DNA of 64,000 bases from an uncultured Actinomycetota bacterium (GCA_963767215.1 CAVYDE010000008.1:298767-362766); one strand, 5' to 3'. Positions 36,304 to 45,881 are shown, counted from the stretch's first letter. Notes: generated by a model not told the origin, from the letters alone. Numbers and translations: made by a program.

Positions 36304-37505
36304 CAGCCAAGCCCGAGCGCGTCTGGGCGCAGGTACGCGGCGGCGACGCCGAGCTCCGCCGACTGCCGGAGCAACGCGTCGCGGCGGGACTGGACGGCAG
36401 GTCGCAGCTCGGGCTCGATGAACCGCACCTGGCCACGCCCGTCGGCGTAATAGCCCGTCGGGCGCGTGCTGGCCGCGATCCGCCGGAGGATGTCCTCGAG
36501 CCGGTCGATGACCTGGACGGCGGTGGTCGGCTGATTGATCGCCGGCGAGAGCGCCTGGATGGCGATGTCGACGAGCTGCCGGATCCCGTAGGCAGGGTCC
36601 TGGTACAGCGTCCGGCTGCGGCCAAGGTCCAGCCCCGCCGAGACCGTCCTTGCCGTGCGGAGAGCGTAGTGGCCTGGCCCAGGCGTAGCGGCCGCGCGGT
36701 ACTCGACGATGACGTCAGACCCCGCCTGCACGTACTCGCCGACGCGGACCAGCAGCCGCAGGACGCAATCGTGCCGTTGCGCGAACCTGACAAGCCGGTC
36801 ATGGTCGACGCCCTGCAGGACGCCGGCAGTCCGGCCGCGGCCGGTCATCGCGATCCGGCGCTGCTGGCCATCCAGGCGCGGCGCACTGGTCAGCTGGTAG
36901 AGCCGGGGCCTCTGGTAATTAAGGGCAATCGCCTTCAGCGTCCGGCTCGCGACATCGCTGATCACCCAGGCGACCTGCAGCAGCCGCACGGTGGAGGCGA
37001 CATAGCCGACGAATACCAGCAGGCTGATCGCTACCAGTACCACCGCGATAGCCAGCCCGCGCGACTCAGGCTCGTGCCCGTGCCCGCCCGCCAGCACCAG
37101 AAAGGCGACCGAGTAGGCGAACGTGGCCAGCAGTATGCCGAAGGCCAGCTTGGTGACGCCTGAGCGGATGAAGGTGCGCAGCACCCGCGGCGACGCCTGT
37201 GAACTGGCGAGCTGCAGCGCGACCAAGGTCAGGGTGAAGACGACGCCGAGAAAGGTCAGCGTGGCCGAGGCGATGATGCCGAGCACGCTGGCAGCTTCGC
37301 CGGAGGCGACTGGCGGGCCGGTGGGCAGCAGCGCCTTGATGCCAAGCTCCGGCGCGTACACAGTTGCCGCCGCGATCAGGCCGCCGCCGACCAGAAACAC
37401 GGTCGGGACTGGCCAGAAGCTGTCCGCAAATCGCTCGCGCGCCCACGCCAGCCGGTAATTGCTGGCTGCCGCTGGGCGCAGTGCGAAGACCTGCGAAGGC
37501 ATCAC
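36303..37505 (-). CDS. DUF2254 family membrane protein
   Basis: Four N-terminal TM helices plus a soluble domain with YQDPAYGIRQLVDIAIQALSPAINQPTTAVQVIDRLEDIL. Its stop overlaps the antiporter start. Confidence 0.75.
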   Translation of the reverse strand: MMPSQVFALRPAAASNYRLAWARERFADSFWPVPTVFLVGGGLIAAATVYAPELGIKALLPTGPPVASGEAASVLGIIASATLTFLGVVFTLTLVALQLASSQASPRVLRTFIRSGVTKLAFGILLATFAYSVAFLVLAGGHGHEPESRGLAIAVVLVAISLLVFVGYVASTVRLLQVAWVISDVASRTLKAIALNYQRPRLYQLTSAPRLDGQQRRIAMTGRGRTAGVLQGVDHDRLVRFAQRHDCVLRLLVRVGEYVQAGSDVIVEYRAAATPGPGHYALRTARTVSAGLDLGRSRTLYQDPAYGIRQLVDIAIQALSPAINQPTTAVQVIDRLEDILRRIAASTRPTGYYADGRGQVRFIEPELRPAVQSRRDALLRQSAELGVAAAYLRPDALGLG

Positions 37506-37701
37506 GTGCGCTCAGTTCCCCCGTGCCGTGCCCGCCGCCAGCCCCGTGCAAGCAGCGCGTCATCGCCAGCCACCCGGAGTGCGGGACGCGGCGGTCTGGT
37601 CAGGATGCCCAGTTCGGCGGCTTACTACTCGCCGACAGCGAACCGGGCTCGGCGGTTGCCCCAGGCCAGCAGGTCCGCTGACACCTCATCCGCTAGCTCG
37701 T

Positions 37702-37743
37702 GGGAGTGACCTGGGTGCTGCTCCAGCAGCACCCAGGTCACTC
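37702..37743. terminator. 42-nt near-perfect palindrome (20-bp arms)
   Basis: GGAGTGACCTGGGTGCTGCT-CC-AGCAGCACCCAGGTCACTCC, 44 nt past the stop (37787) of the secreted repeat protein gene. Confidence 0.5.
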
Positions 37744-37786
37744 CGATCATGCCTTCAGACCTCTAGTTCAGTTACTGCCGGCTAGG

Positions 37787-38902
37787 TCAGCCGTTGAAAT
37801 GGTGCAGGAAGATCCTGCCGTCGGTGCGGGAGACGTTGGCCAGCGTGCCGTGAACCAGCGCCGGGCCGAGCGTCGTGGTGTTGTTGTTGGCGTTGACGAA
37901 CCGGTGCGCGCTCCATACGCCCGCGCTCAGGGTCTGGAAGCGGATGAAATCTCCGCCCGGGCCCTTGTAGGCCAGCAGCAGCGGACCGTCGCCGTGGATG
38001 TCAGCCGACGCGACTGCCGGGCTGCCCGTGGTTCCGGCCAGGCCGGTGCCATCCTGCACTGGCCCCGCCGCCAGCGTCCACGGTACGGACGCGTTGCCGG
38101 TCAGGCCGACGCCCTGGTTGTCGGGCGTGGTGGCGTAGTTGATCGGCTCGGCGGCTGCCTTTCCCTTCTCCTTCCAGAACACATATACGGTGCCGGTGCT
38201 GCCGTTCAGGATCTCGGTCAGGGCTGGCTGAGAACCGGTCTCGGCACTCGTCGCGCCGTTAACCCACGCCGACTTGACCTTCTTGGTGCCCCAGGTAAAC
38301 CTGCGGCCGTTCGGGCCGGCCTCGGTGCCGATCTCGATCCTGACGTGGTCGAAGGGACCGCGGTAGGCGATGATCACTCGGGCGTTGAGGGCGTTCGCCG
38401 GGAACAGCACAGCCGGCGAGGCCGATGTCTCAGAGAACTTGCCGCCTGGCATCACAACCGGTGACGTCCAGCTGATCTTGCCGTTGTTGGCGACGATGCC
38501 GTCGGAATACTTGATCGTGCTCAGGCCGCCGTTCTTGCCGATCGACTTCCAGGCGACAAACACGGCCTCCTTGCCCTTGTTAGTCGCGAACAGAGCCGCG
38601 GTCGGCGAGGTGTTGGTGGAAGCGCCGTGGATGACCTCGGTCGGGAACCACTTGCCGTCGAGCCTGATCTTGTACTTCACGCGGTTGTCGAACTGGCCCT
38701 TCCAGGCAAGGAAAGTGCCCTGCAGGCCGTTCACGTCAATGGCGGACAGTGCCGGGGTCGTGTTGGTGAATGCGTTAGGGACCGCCGGGTTGTGTTTGGA
38801 CCAGGGCGGCGTGGGTGCCGCCAGAGCTGCACCTGCCGCGGCAAGGGCACAGACCGTGCCCGCAGCGGTAGCAGCAGCTACCAGCCTGGACTTCGGGAGC
38901 AT
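37787..38902 (-). CDS. secreted protein with six ~55-60-aa internal repeats, unknown family
   Basis: Signal peptide MLPKSRLVAAATAAGTVCALAAAGAALAAP. Repeats are marked by PAL/PAV...(F/I/L)(L/V)AWKG / AYRGP / FWKEKG / AYKGPG motifs. Confidence 0.7.
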   Translation of the reverse strand: MLPKSRLVAAATAAGTVCALAAAGAALAAPTPPWSKHNPAVPNAFTNTTPALSAIDVNGLQGTFLAWKGQFDNRVKYKIRLDGKWFPTEVIHGASTNTSPTAALFATNKGKEAVFVAWKSIGKNGGLSTIKYSDGIVANNGKISWTSPVVMPGGKFSETSASPAVLFPANALNARVIIAYRGPFDHVRIEIGTEAGPNGRRFTWGTKKVKSAWVNGATSAETGSQPALTEILNGSTGTVYVFWKEKGKAAAEPINYATTPDNQGVGLTGNASVPWTLAAGPVQDGTGLAGTTGSPAVASADIHGDGPLLLAYKGPGGDFIRFQTLSAGVWSAHRFVNANNNTTTLGPALVHGTLANVSRTDGRIFLHHFNG

Positions 38903-39160
38903 CGCAGATCCTCACGTTCTTGTAGGTCGGTGAACCTGCCGCAGCTGCGGGAGGCAACCAGCACGCTAGGCCAGCAAGGCCCGGGATCGGCACAGATAGC
39001 CTAGGACTTAGCTGGGTTTTTCCTGTGTGCGTATCCGGCGGCTGATCATCAGCCCTAGTCACCGGCCTGGCCAGGCTGGCGGGTCGCAGCCGGCGGCAGG
39101 CACCCGCACCTGCATGATGGATCCCGTGTCATCGCCGACGGCCGGACGGGGAGTGCTCTG

Positions 39161-40891
39161 ATGGCTGTCTCGCCGACATTTCCCAGCCGGGAGAACCTGG
39201 GCAGGCTGAGATTCCGGCCGCTGGACATCGCCGTCGGGCTGTCCGTCGTGCTGCTGATCTACGCGGTGGTGCGGGTGGGCGCCGGCGCCAGGGCGCCAGC
39301 GGAGTCGGCGACGACGCTCAATATCTCGCCGTCTAACCTGCCGTATTACGCCGCGCGCAGCCTGCTGCGGATGTTCATCGCGCTGTTTTTCTCTTACGCC
39401 TTCAGCCTCAGCTATGCCTACGTAGCGGCGCGCAGCAGGCGCTGGCGGCGGGTGCTGATCCCGGCCCTCGACATCCTGCAGTCGGTGCCCGTGCTCGGCT
39501 TCCTCGCGATCACCGTGACCTTTTTCGTCACGATCTTCCCGCACTCTGAGCTCGGCCTGGAGTGCGCCGCGATCTTCGCGGTGTTCACCTCGCAAGCCTG
39601 GAATATTACGTTTTCCTTCTACCACTCGCTGATCAGCCAGCCGGCCGAGTTCAACGAGGCCAGCAAGCTCATGGGGCTGTCGAGATGGAAGCGGTTCTGG
39701 ACTGTCGATGTGCCCGGCGGCGCGATCGGTCTGGTCTGGAACGGGATGATGAGCTTCGGCGGCAGCTGGTTCTTCCTGACCGCGTCCGAGCTGATCATGG
39801 TGAACGGCCGCAGGCTGACCCTGCCGGGAGTTGGCTCCTACGTCGGGACCGCGGAGCGGGAGGGCAATCTGGCCGATGTCGTGTGGGGCATCGTCACGAT
39901 GATCATCGTGATCCTGGTAGTCAACTTCTTCTTCTGGCGCCCGCTCGTCGCGTTCGTGGAAAAGTTCAGGGTCGAGCAGTCGGAGTCCAGCCAGCGGGCC
40001 AAGTCGCTGGTGCTCAACGCCCTCCGCAGGTCCAACTGGCAGGCCACAGTCGGCCGGGGCAAGCGAGCCGTCGCGCAGCCGATCAACCGGCTGATGGCGC
40101 GAGCAACCGGCATCGATGACACGAGCCTGGCCAGTCACGCCAGCCGCCGCCGGGCCGCCGACATCACCTTCACGGTCGTGCTCACCGCTGCGCTCGGCTA
40201 CGGCCTGTACAGCATGCTGGCCTTCGTCGCGACCGGCAGCCAGGGTCTCGGCATCTTCGGCACGACCTTCTACCTTGGTTTCCTGACCTTCCTGCGCGTG
40301 GTCGTGGTCGTGACCGTCGCATCGGTCCTGTGGGTGCCGGTTGGCGTGTGGATCGGCTTCAATCCGCGGGTGGCGCAGTTCATGCAGCCCATCGTGCAGG
40401 TGCTGGCCAGCTTCCCGGCCAACTTCATCTTTCCGTTCGCGATCGTTGTCTTCCTCGATCTCGGCATCAGCCTGAATTACGGCGCCATCTTGTTGATGAT
40501 GCTGGGCACGCAGTGGTACGTGCTGTTCAACGTCATCGCTGGCGCGAGCGCGGTGCCGTCGGACCTGAGAGAAGCGATGGACAACCTGGGCGTGCGCGGC
40601 CTTGACCGGTGGCGGCGGCTGATCCTGCCGGCCATCTTCCCCGCGTACGTGACCGGTGCGATCACCGCGGCGGGCGGTGCCTGGAACGCGACGATCGTGG
40701 CCGAGATCGTCTATTACAACCACAAGACACTGGCCGCCAAGGGCCTCGGCGCCTTCATCGCCCAGAAGACCGGCCACTTGCCCGAGTTGTTCGCCGGCCT
40801 GCTGGTCATGGCCTTTTACGTGACAGGACTCAACGCGCTGCTGTGGCGGCGGCTGTACAAGCTGGCCGAGACGAAGTTCTCCCTCACGTGA
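39161..40891 (+). CDS. ABC transporter duplicated (fused) permease, NitT/TauT-like anion type
   Basis: 576 aa with two permease halves, each with an EAA-type loop (EASKLMGLSRWKRFWTVDVP and EAMDNLGVRGLDRWRRLILP). Confidence 0.85.
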   Translation: MAVSPTFPSRENLGRLRFRPLDIAVGLSVVLLIYAVVRVGAGARAPAESATTLNISPSNLPYYAARSLLRMFIALFFSYAFSLSYAYVAARSRRWRRVLIPALDILQSVPVLGFLAITVTFFVTIFPHSELGLECAAIFAVFTSQAWNITFSFYHSLISQPAEFNEASKLMGLSRWKRFWTVDVPGGAIGLVWNGMMSFGGSWFFLTASELIMVNGRRLTLPGVGSYVGTAEREGNLADVVWGIVTMIIVILVVNFFFWRPLVAFVEKFRVEQSESSQRAKSLVLNALRRSNWQATVGRGKRAVAQPINRLMARATGIDDTSLASHASRRRAADITFTVVLTAALGYGLYSMLAFVATGSQGLGIFGTTFYLGFLTFLRVVVVVTVASVLWVPVGVWIGFNPRVAQFMQPIVQVLASFPANFIFPFAIVVFLDLGISLNYGAILLMMLGTQWYVLFNVIAGASAVPSDLREAMDNLGVRGLDRWRRLILPAIFPAYVTGAITAAGGAWNATIVAEIVYYNHKTLAAKGLGAFIAQKTGHLPELFAGLLVMAFYVTGLNALLWRRLYKLAETKFSLT

Positions 40892-40904
40892 AAGGCACCC
40901 GGCC

Positions 40905-43900
40905 ATGAGCGGCCCGGCGACCTCGCGGACGGCGCTGCCGCCGGCTCCGGCGACGCCGCTGATCAGCGTGCGGTCGCTGAGCAAGTCGTTCGCCGGGCCT
41001 GGCGGCCGGCCGATACCGGTGCTCGACGAGATCAACCTGGACGTCGCCGAAGGCGAGTTCGTCGCGCTGCTCGGCCGTAGCGGCAGCGGCAAGTCCACGC
41101 TGCTGCGGTGCATCGCGGGTCTGATGGCACCGACCGAGGGGGAGGTGCGGTTCCGCGGCCGCCGGCTGACCGGCACGAACCGGGAGACCTCGATGGTCTT
41201 CCAGACCTTCGCGCTGATGCCCTGGCTGACCGTGCAGCAGAACGTGGAACTGGGGCTGGAAGCGCGCGGCGTGGCCACCGACGAGCGGTCAGAGCGCGCG
41301 CTGCGCGCCATCGACATCGTCGGCCTCGACGGTTACGAGTCGGCCTACCCCAAGGAACTGTCCGGCGGAATGCGGCAGCGCGTGGGCTTCGCCAGGGCGC
41401 TGGTGGTCGAGCCGGCCGCGCTGCTGATGGACGAGCCGTTCAGCGCGCTGGACGTGCTGACCTCGGAAAACCTGCGCGGTGAACTGCTGGAGCTATGGGA
41501 GGGCCGCAAGTTCCCCACCAAGACCATCGTGATGGTCACCCACAACATCGAGGAGGCGGTGCTGCTCGCCGACCGGATCCTGGTGCTCGGCACCAACCCT
41601 GGCCGGATTCGGTCCGATATGGTCAACCCGCTGCCTCGGCCACGGCGGCGCCGTACGCCGGAATTCGACGAGCTGGTCGACCAGATCTACCGGATGATGA
41701 CCAAGCGCGACCAGCCAGACGAGCAGCCGGCCGCGCCCGGCAGCTCAGGCCCGGCCGGCACCATCGGCGACACGCCATTGCCGCAGGCCACCGTCGACGG
41801 CCTGTCCGGGCTGGCCGAGATCCTGCTGGCCCGGCACGGCGGCGCGGCCGACCTGGCCGATCTGGCCGACAGCCTCGGTCTCGAGGTCGACGACCTGCTG
41901 CCGCTCGTGGACGCGCTGCTCCTGCTCGGCTTCGCCGATCTGCGCGACGACAGGCTCGAGCTTTCGGCGAATGGCCGGATCTTCGCGGGCGCCAGTATCC
42001 AGGACTCCAAGGAAATCTTCGCCAGGGCGGCCCTTGACCATGCGCCGCTGGTGCGCACCATCTACCGCAGCCTGCGCGGCAGCATGGACGACACGCTGCC
42101 GGCCGGCTTCTTCACCGACATCCTGCGCACCAGCTTCGGCGAGGAGGAGGCGGCCCGCCAGCTGGATGTCGCGGTGAACTGGGGCCGGTATGCCGAGCTG
42201 TACGACTACGACGCCGCCCGCGGCCAGATCATCAGGGAAGAGCAGGGCATCGGCGCGACGATGGCCGATGCGCCAGGGCCTGCCAAGCGGGGTTCTCTGG
42301 TGGTGTACCTCGGCGCGGCGCCCGGCTCCGGCAAGACGTTCACCATGCTGAAGGAAGGCCGGGCGCTGCGAGCCCAGGGTGAGGACGTGGTGATCGGGTT
42401 CGCCGATGCCCGCGGCCGCGGGCACACCGAGGAGGCGGTCGGCGGGCTGGAGGTCGTGCCGCCCAAGCTCGTCGAGTCCGGCCGGCACGGCGCAGAGCAG
42501 GCGGAAATGGACCTGGCCGCGGTGCTGGACCGGCATCCCGCCGTGGCTCTGGTCGACGATCTCGGCATGCACTCCGCCGCGATCGAAGCGCTGCGCAGTG
42601 CCGGGATCCACGTCATCAGCACGGTAGACGTGACCGACGTCGCAAGTACGGCAGCGGACGTGGCGGCGGTCACGGGGGAGCCGGCCGCCGGCACCGTCAC
42701 CGACGCCGTGCTGGACGGCGCAGACGCGCTGCAGTTCGTCGACAGCTCACCGGAGGCACTGCGCAAACGGCTCGGCCACGGCAACATCTACCCGCCGGCC
42801 AAGGTGGATGCCGCCATGCGGACGCAGTTCCAGCCGGCCAGGCTCGCCGCGCTCCGCGAAATCGGCCTGCGGCTGGTCGCGCAGAGCGTGCCGGCGCCCG
42901 GCGCCACCCGCCAGCGCGGTGCGCAGGACGTGCTGGTCGCGGTCTGGCGGCCGGAACAGGTCGACTCCCTCGTGCAGCGCGGCATGCGACTTGCCAGGCG
43001 CCGGGGCGCGCGTTGCTGCGTGCTGGTGCTGAGCCAGCAGAGCCCGGCCGCGACGGCACTCACCGAGCGGGTCGAGGCGGCCGCCGCTGTGGCTGGCGCC
43101 TCTGTCGTGATCAGGGAGAGCCGTGACGCAGGCGCCGCGATCATCTCCGCGGTGCAGGAGCTGAACGCGCGGCATCTGGTGCTCGCCGTGCCGCCGGCCG
43201 GCCTGCTCGAGCGCTTTCGCGGCTCGCTGCTCGAGCGGCTGGCTGGTCAGCTGCCCGGCGTGCACCTGCACATCGAGGCCGCCGCGAGCGGGCTCGATCA
43301 TGATATTTCCGGGAACGTGGCCGAGCCGGCCGGTAGTCAGCCCCGGCGCAGCCGCGGCGCGATCAGGGTCTACCTGGGGTACGCGCCCGGCTGCGGGACG
43401 ACGACCGCGATGCTGGCAGAGGCGGGCAGGCGGCGGGCACGCGGCAGTGATGTCGTCGTCGGCGCCATCGATGCGCGGGACCGCGAAGACGTCACCTCAG
43501 AACTCGAGCATCTCGAGATCATCGGCGACGGCGTCACCCTGGACACCGCCGCGGTACTTGCCAGGCGGCCCGAGGTCGTGTGCGTCGATGACCTGACCGA
43601 GGGCACGTCGTCGGCCGAACGCAGATTCGTCGCGGCCAGACGGCTGGCCGATGCCGGCATCACGGTGGTCGGCACGGTCCAGCTCGGCAAGCTCGGCAGC
43701 ACGCCGGCCGGGGGCCCTGCCGCGTTCCTCGACGAGCAAGCACTGCTGGCGCTGGCAGACGAGATAGAACTGGTCGACGTGCCGCCGTCGATCCTGGTCG
43801 ACCGGGTGCGGCGCGGGGAGATCGTGCCCGCCGACCAGATCACCGAGGCGCTGGAGACGACCTACGATCCCGGCACCCTCAGCGCCGAGCGGGAGCGCGC

Positions 43901-44366
43901 ATTCCGGCTGGTAGCCGAGCACGGTGAGCGGCGGCTTGCCGCCTACGAAGGCGACGACCAGCCGACCAGGTCGGGGCTGAGCGGGCAGGAGCGGCCGCCG
44001 TCGATTCTGGCCTGTGCTGCGCCGTGGCCAGGGATGGAGCTGCTGATCCGGCGCTCCGCCGCGCTGGCTGCGCAGGTAGACGGCGTCTTCCAGGTCGCGG
44101 CGGTGCGGCTGTCGCAGCCGGGTACCGAGGAAGACCAGCTGCTGGCGTCCTACGCGGCACTGACCGAGCAGCTCGGCGGTGTCTTCATCGCGCTGGCGGG
44201 GACATCATCGGCGGCCGCGCTGGCCGACTACGCCAGCGGGCATCAGGTCACCGAGCTGGTGCTCACCAGAGCGGAGCCGAACCCGGCCGGGCGGTACCCG
44301 GTGCTGCGCGAGCTGGTAAGGCTGGCCAGGGACGTGGAACTGCACGTACTGCCGGCCGCGCGCTGA
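40905..44366 (+). CDS. ABC transporter ATP-binding protein fused to an AAA-associated domain and two KdpD-N/Usp-like sensor modules
   Basis: Walker A GRSGSGKST, LSGGMRQR, LLMDEPFSALD, VTHNIEEA (aa 1-265). Helical domain at aa 290-445. VVYLGAAPGSGKTFTML...LVDDL...STVDV...RLGHGNIYP...ALREIGLR (aa 462-662) plus a Usp-like block. RVYLGYAPGCGTTTAML... second module (aa 817-1012) plus a Usp-like block. Confidence 0.85.
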   Translation: MSGPATSRTALPPAPATPLISVRSLSKSFAGPGGRPIPVLDEINLDVAEGEFVALLGRSGSGKSTLLRCIAGLMAPTEGEVRFRGRRLTGTNRETSMVFQTFALMPWLTVQQNVELGLEARGVATDERSERALRAIDIVGLDGYESAYPKELSGGMRQRVGFARALVVEPAALLMDEPFSALDVLTSENLRGELLELWEGRKFPTKTIVMVTHNIEEAVLLADRILVLGTNPGRIRSDMVNPLPRPRRRRTPEFDELVDQIYRMMTKRDQPDEQPAAPGSSGPAGTIGDTPLPQATVDGLSGLAEILLARHGGAADLADLADSLGLEVDDLLPLVDALLLLGFADLRDDRLELSANGRIFAGASIQDSKEIFARAALDHAPLVRTIYRSLRGSMDDTLPAGFFTDILRTSFGEEEAARQLDVAVNWGRYAELYDYDAARGQIIREEQGIGATMADAPGPAKRGSLVVYLGAAPGSGKTFTMLKEGRALRAQGEDVVIGFADARGRGHTEEAVGGLEVVPPKLVESGRHGAEQAEMDLAAVLDRHPAVALVDDLGMHSAAIEALRSAGIHVISTVDVTDVASTAADVAAVTGEPAAGTVTDAVLDGADALQFVDSSPEALRKRLGHGNIYPPAKVDAAMRTQFQPARLAALREIGLRLVAQSVPAPGATRQRGAQDVLVAVWRPEQVDSLVQRGMRLARRRGARCCVLVLSQQSPAATALTERVEAAAAVAGASVVIRESRDAGAAIISAVQELNARHLVLAVPPAGLLERFRGSLLERLAGQLPGVHLHIEAAASGLDHDISGNVAEPAGSQPRRSRGAIRVYLGYAPGCGTTTAMLAEAGRRRARGSDVVVGAIDARDREDVTSELEHLEIIGDGVTLDTAAVLARRPEVVCVDDLTEGTSSAERRFVAARRLADAGITVVGTVQLGKLGSTPAGGPAAFLDEQALLALADEIELVDVPPSILVDRVRRGEIVPADQITEALETTYDPGTLSAERERAFRLVAEHGERRLAAYEGDDQPTRSGLSGQERPPSILACAAPWPGMELLIRRSAALAAQVDGVFQVAAVRLSQPGTEEDQLLASYAALTEQLGGVFIALAGTSSAAALADYASGHQVTELVLTRAEPNPAGRYPVLRELVRLARDVELHVLPAAR

Positions 44367-44388
44367 TCGGGCTGGCCGGCCTGGCGTC

Positions 44389-45836
44389 TTACAGGCCGGA
44401 CACCGCCACCACGCCGGTCATGGTGCCGATGAGCAGCAGGTTGCCGGACAGCGACGGCGACACGAAATGCGGGAGGGCGCCGCGGAGGGCGATCTTCTCC
44501 CGGACTGCGCCGGTCGCCGGGCTGAGCTCGTACAAGGTGCCGGAGTTCCAGTCGGCCACCCAGACGGCACCGCCGCCGACGGCTGGCGATCCCCATGCCC
44601 CGGCGGCCCGTGCCACAGCACGCGCAGGCCGTTGCCCGCGGTGTCGACCGCGGCCAGCCCGGCCGGATAACACGGCACGAACACGACGCGGCCGCTGACC
44701 GCGGCGCCGCCGAAGGCCGAGCAGACGCTGCCCTGGCTGACCTGCCCGCCGACGCCGCCAAGGTGGCCGGCATTGAGCAGGTAGCCCACGCCGCTCTTGC
44801 CGACCTGCAGGATCTGCCCGTCGGCCAGCAGCGCCGGGGACATCGAGCCGAGGTCCAGATCCGCGGCGCTCAGCATGCGCCAGTCGGCCGGGGCGAAGAT
44901 CGCCGATTCCGTCAGCTTCGGAGTCAGCGCGGTCACCGAGTCGCTGCCGTCAAAGGTCTTGGCTGCCGCCGCGCCGTTACCTGTGCTGACATAAATCGTG
45001 CCGCCGGGGCCGACCACCGGACCACCGGAGGCCCAGATGCCGGCCTGCTCGGCGGTCGGGACCTCGTAGGAGACGATCGGGCCGCGGCCGCTGGCCGGCA
45101 TCCCGACGACCGTGCCGCGGTAGGGGCCGCAGTCCCCGTAGTGCCCGCCGAAGACCACGTAGACCCGGCCGTGAGCGAGCGTCAGCGCGCCGCGCTGCTG
45201 ATCGTAAGCGGGCTGGGCATCGGGCGACGGCACCAGCCCGGTGACGGCGATCTTGCCGTCACTGATCCGCAGCCCAGCGAACACGTGCCCGGTCTTGCCG
45301 GACTGGGCGACGACGTAGACCAGCTTGTCCCGCGGGTCATACACCGGCGTGCTGGTGATGCCGAGCGGGTTGAGATTGCCGCAGGGCTGCTGGCCGATCG
45401 GCAGCGGCGTGCCGACCCTGGTCTGCCAGCGGACGGCCCCGGTGGCCCGGTCCAGGGCGACTACCTCGTCTGCCGAGGTCGCGGCGATCACGGTCTGGCC
45501 GATGACCAGCGGCTGGCCATAGACGACCGCGCCGAGGCGACGCGACCATTGCACCGCGAGCCGTCCGGCCGCCGGCAAGCCAGCCACATTCCCGGTTCTG
45601 GCCACGTTCCCGTGGTAGGTAAACCAGTCGGTCGGCTGCGCCGACCCTGACGTGCTCGCCGGGCCCGGGGCGGTGGGCGCGGCCGAGTTTGCCGGGCTGG
45701 GCGGCGGTGTGACCGACGTCGCCGGGCCGGACGGCGCCGCGGCCTGGCTCGAGCAGCCGGTGGCTAAGCCGAGCAGCACCACCGCCGCGACGGCAGCGCG
45801 CTGCCTTTGCCTGGAGCTAGTGCGCACGGTCTGCAT
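44389..45836 (-). pseudogene. PQQ-like beta-propeller lipoprotein, one frame change near 44608
   Basis: MQTVRTSS...LLGLATGCSS lipobox. Repeats such as VVALDRATGAVRWQ. The C-terminus AAGAWGSPAVGGGAVWVADWNSGTLYELSPATGAVREKI is in the frame of ORF 44389..44673. Confidence 0.7.
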
Positions 45837-45881
45837 GGTGCCAGTCTGCACGCGCCCCGGTCTGCACGGTGCCAGTCTGCA
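45828..45881. repeat. two 24-nt direct repeats spaced 30 nt start to start
   Basis: ggtctgcatggtgccagtctgcac (45828-45851) and ggtctgcacggtgccagtctgcac (45858-45881), with a partial third copy (aggtctg) after. The first copy overlaps the start codon of the beta-propeller gene. Confidence 0.6.

Noticed and set aside
39059-41317. 752-aa minus-strand ORF
   Set aside because: Antisense to the ABC permease and ATPase genes. Its composition (runs of R, H, D, G, P) has no recognisable domains, so I treat it as a shadow ORF.
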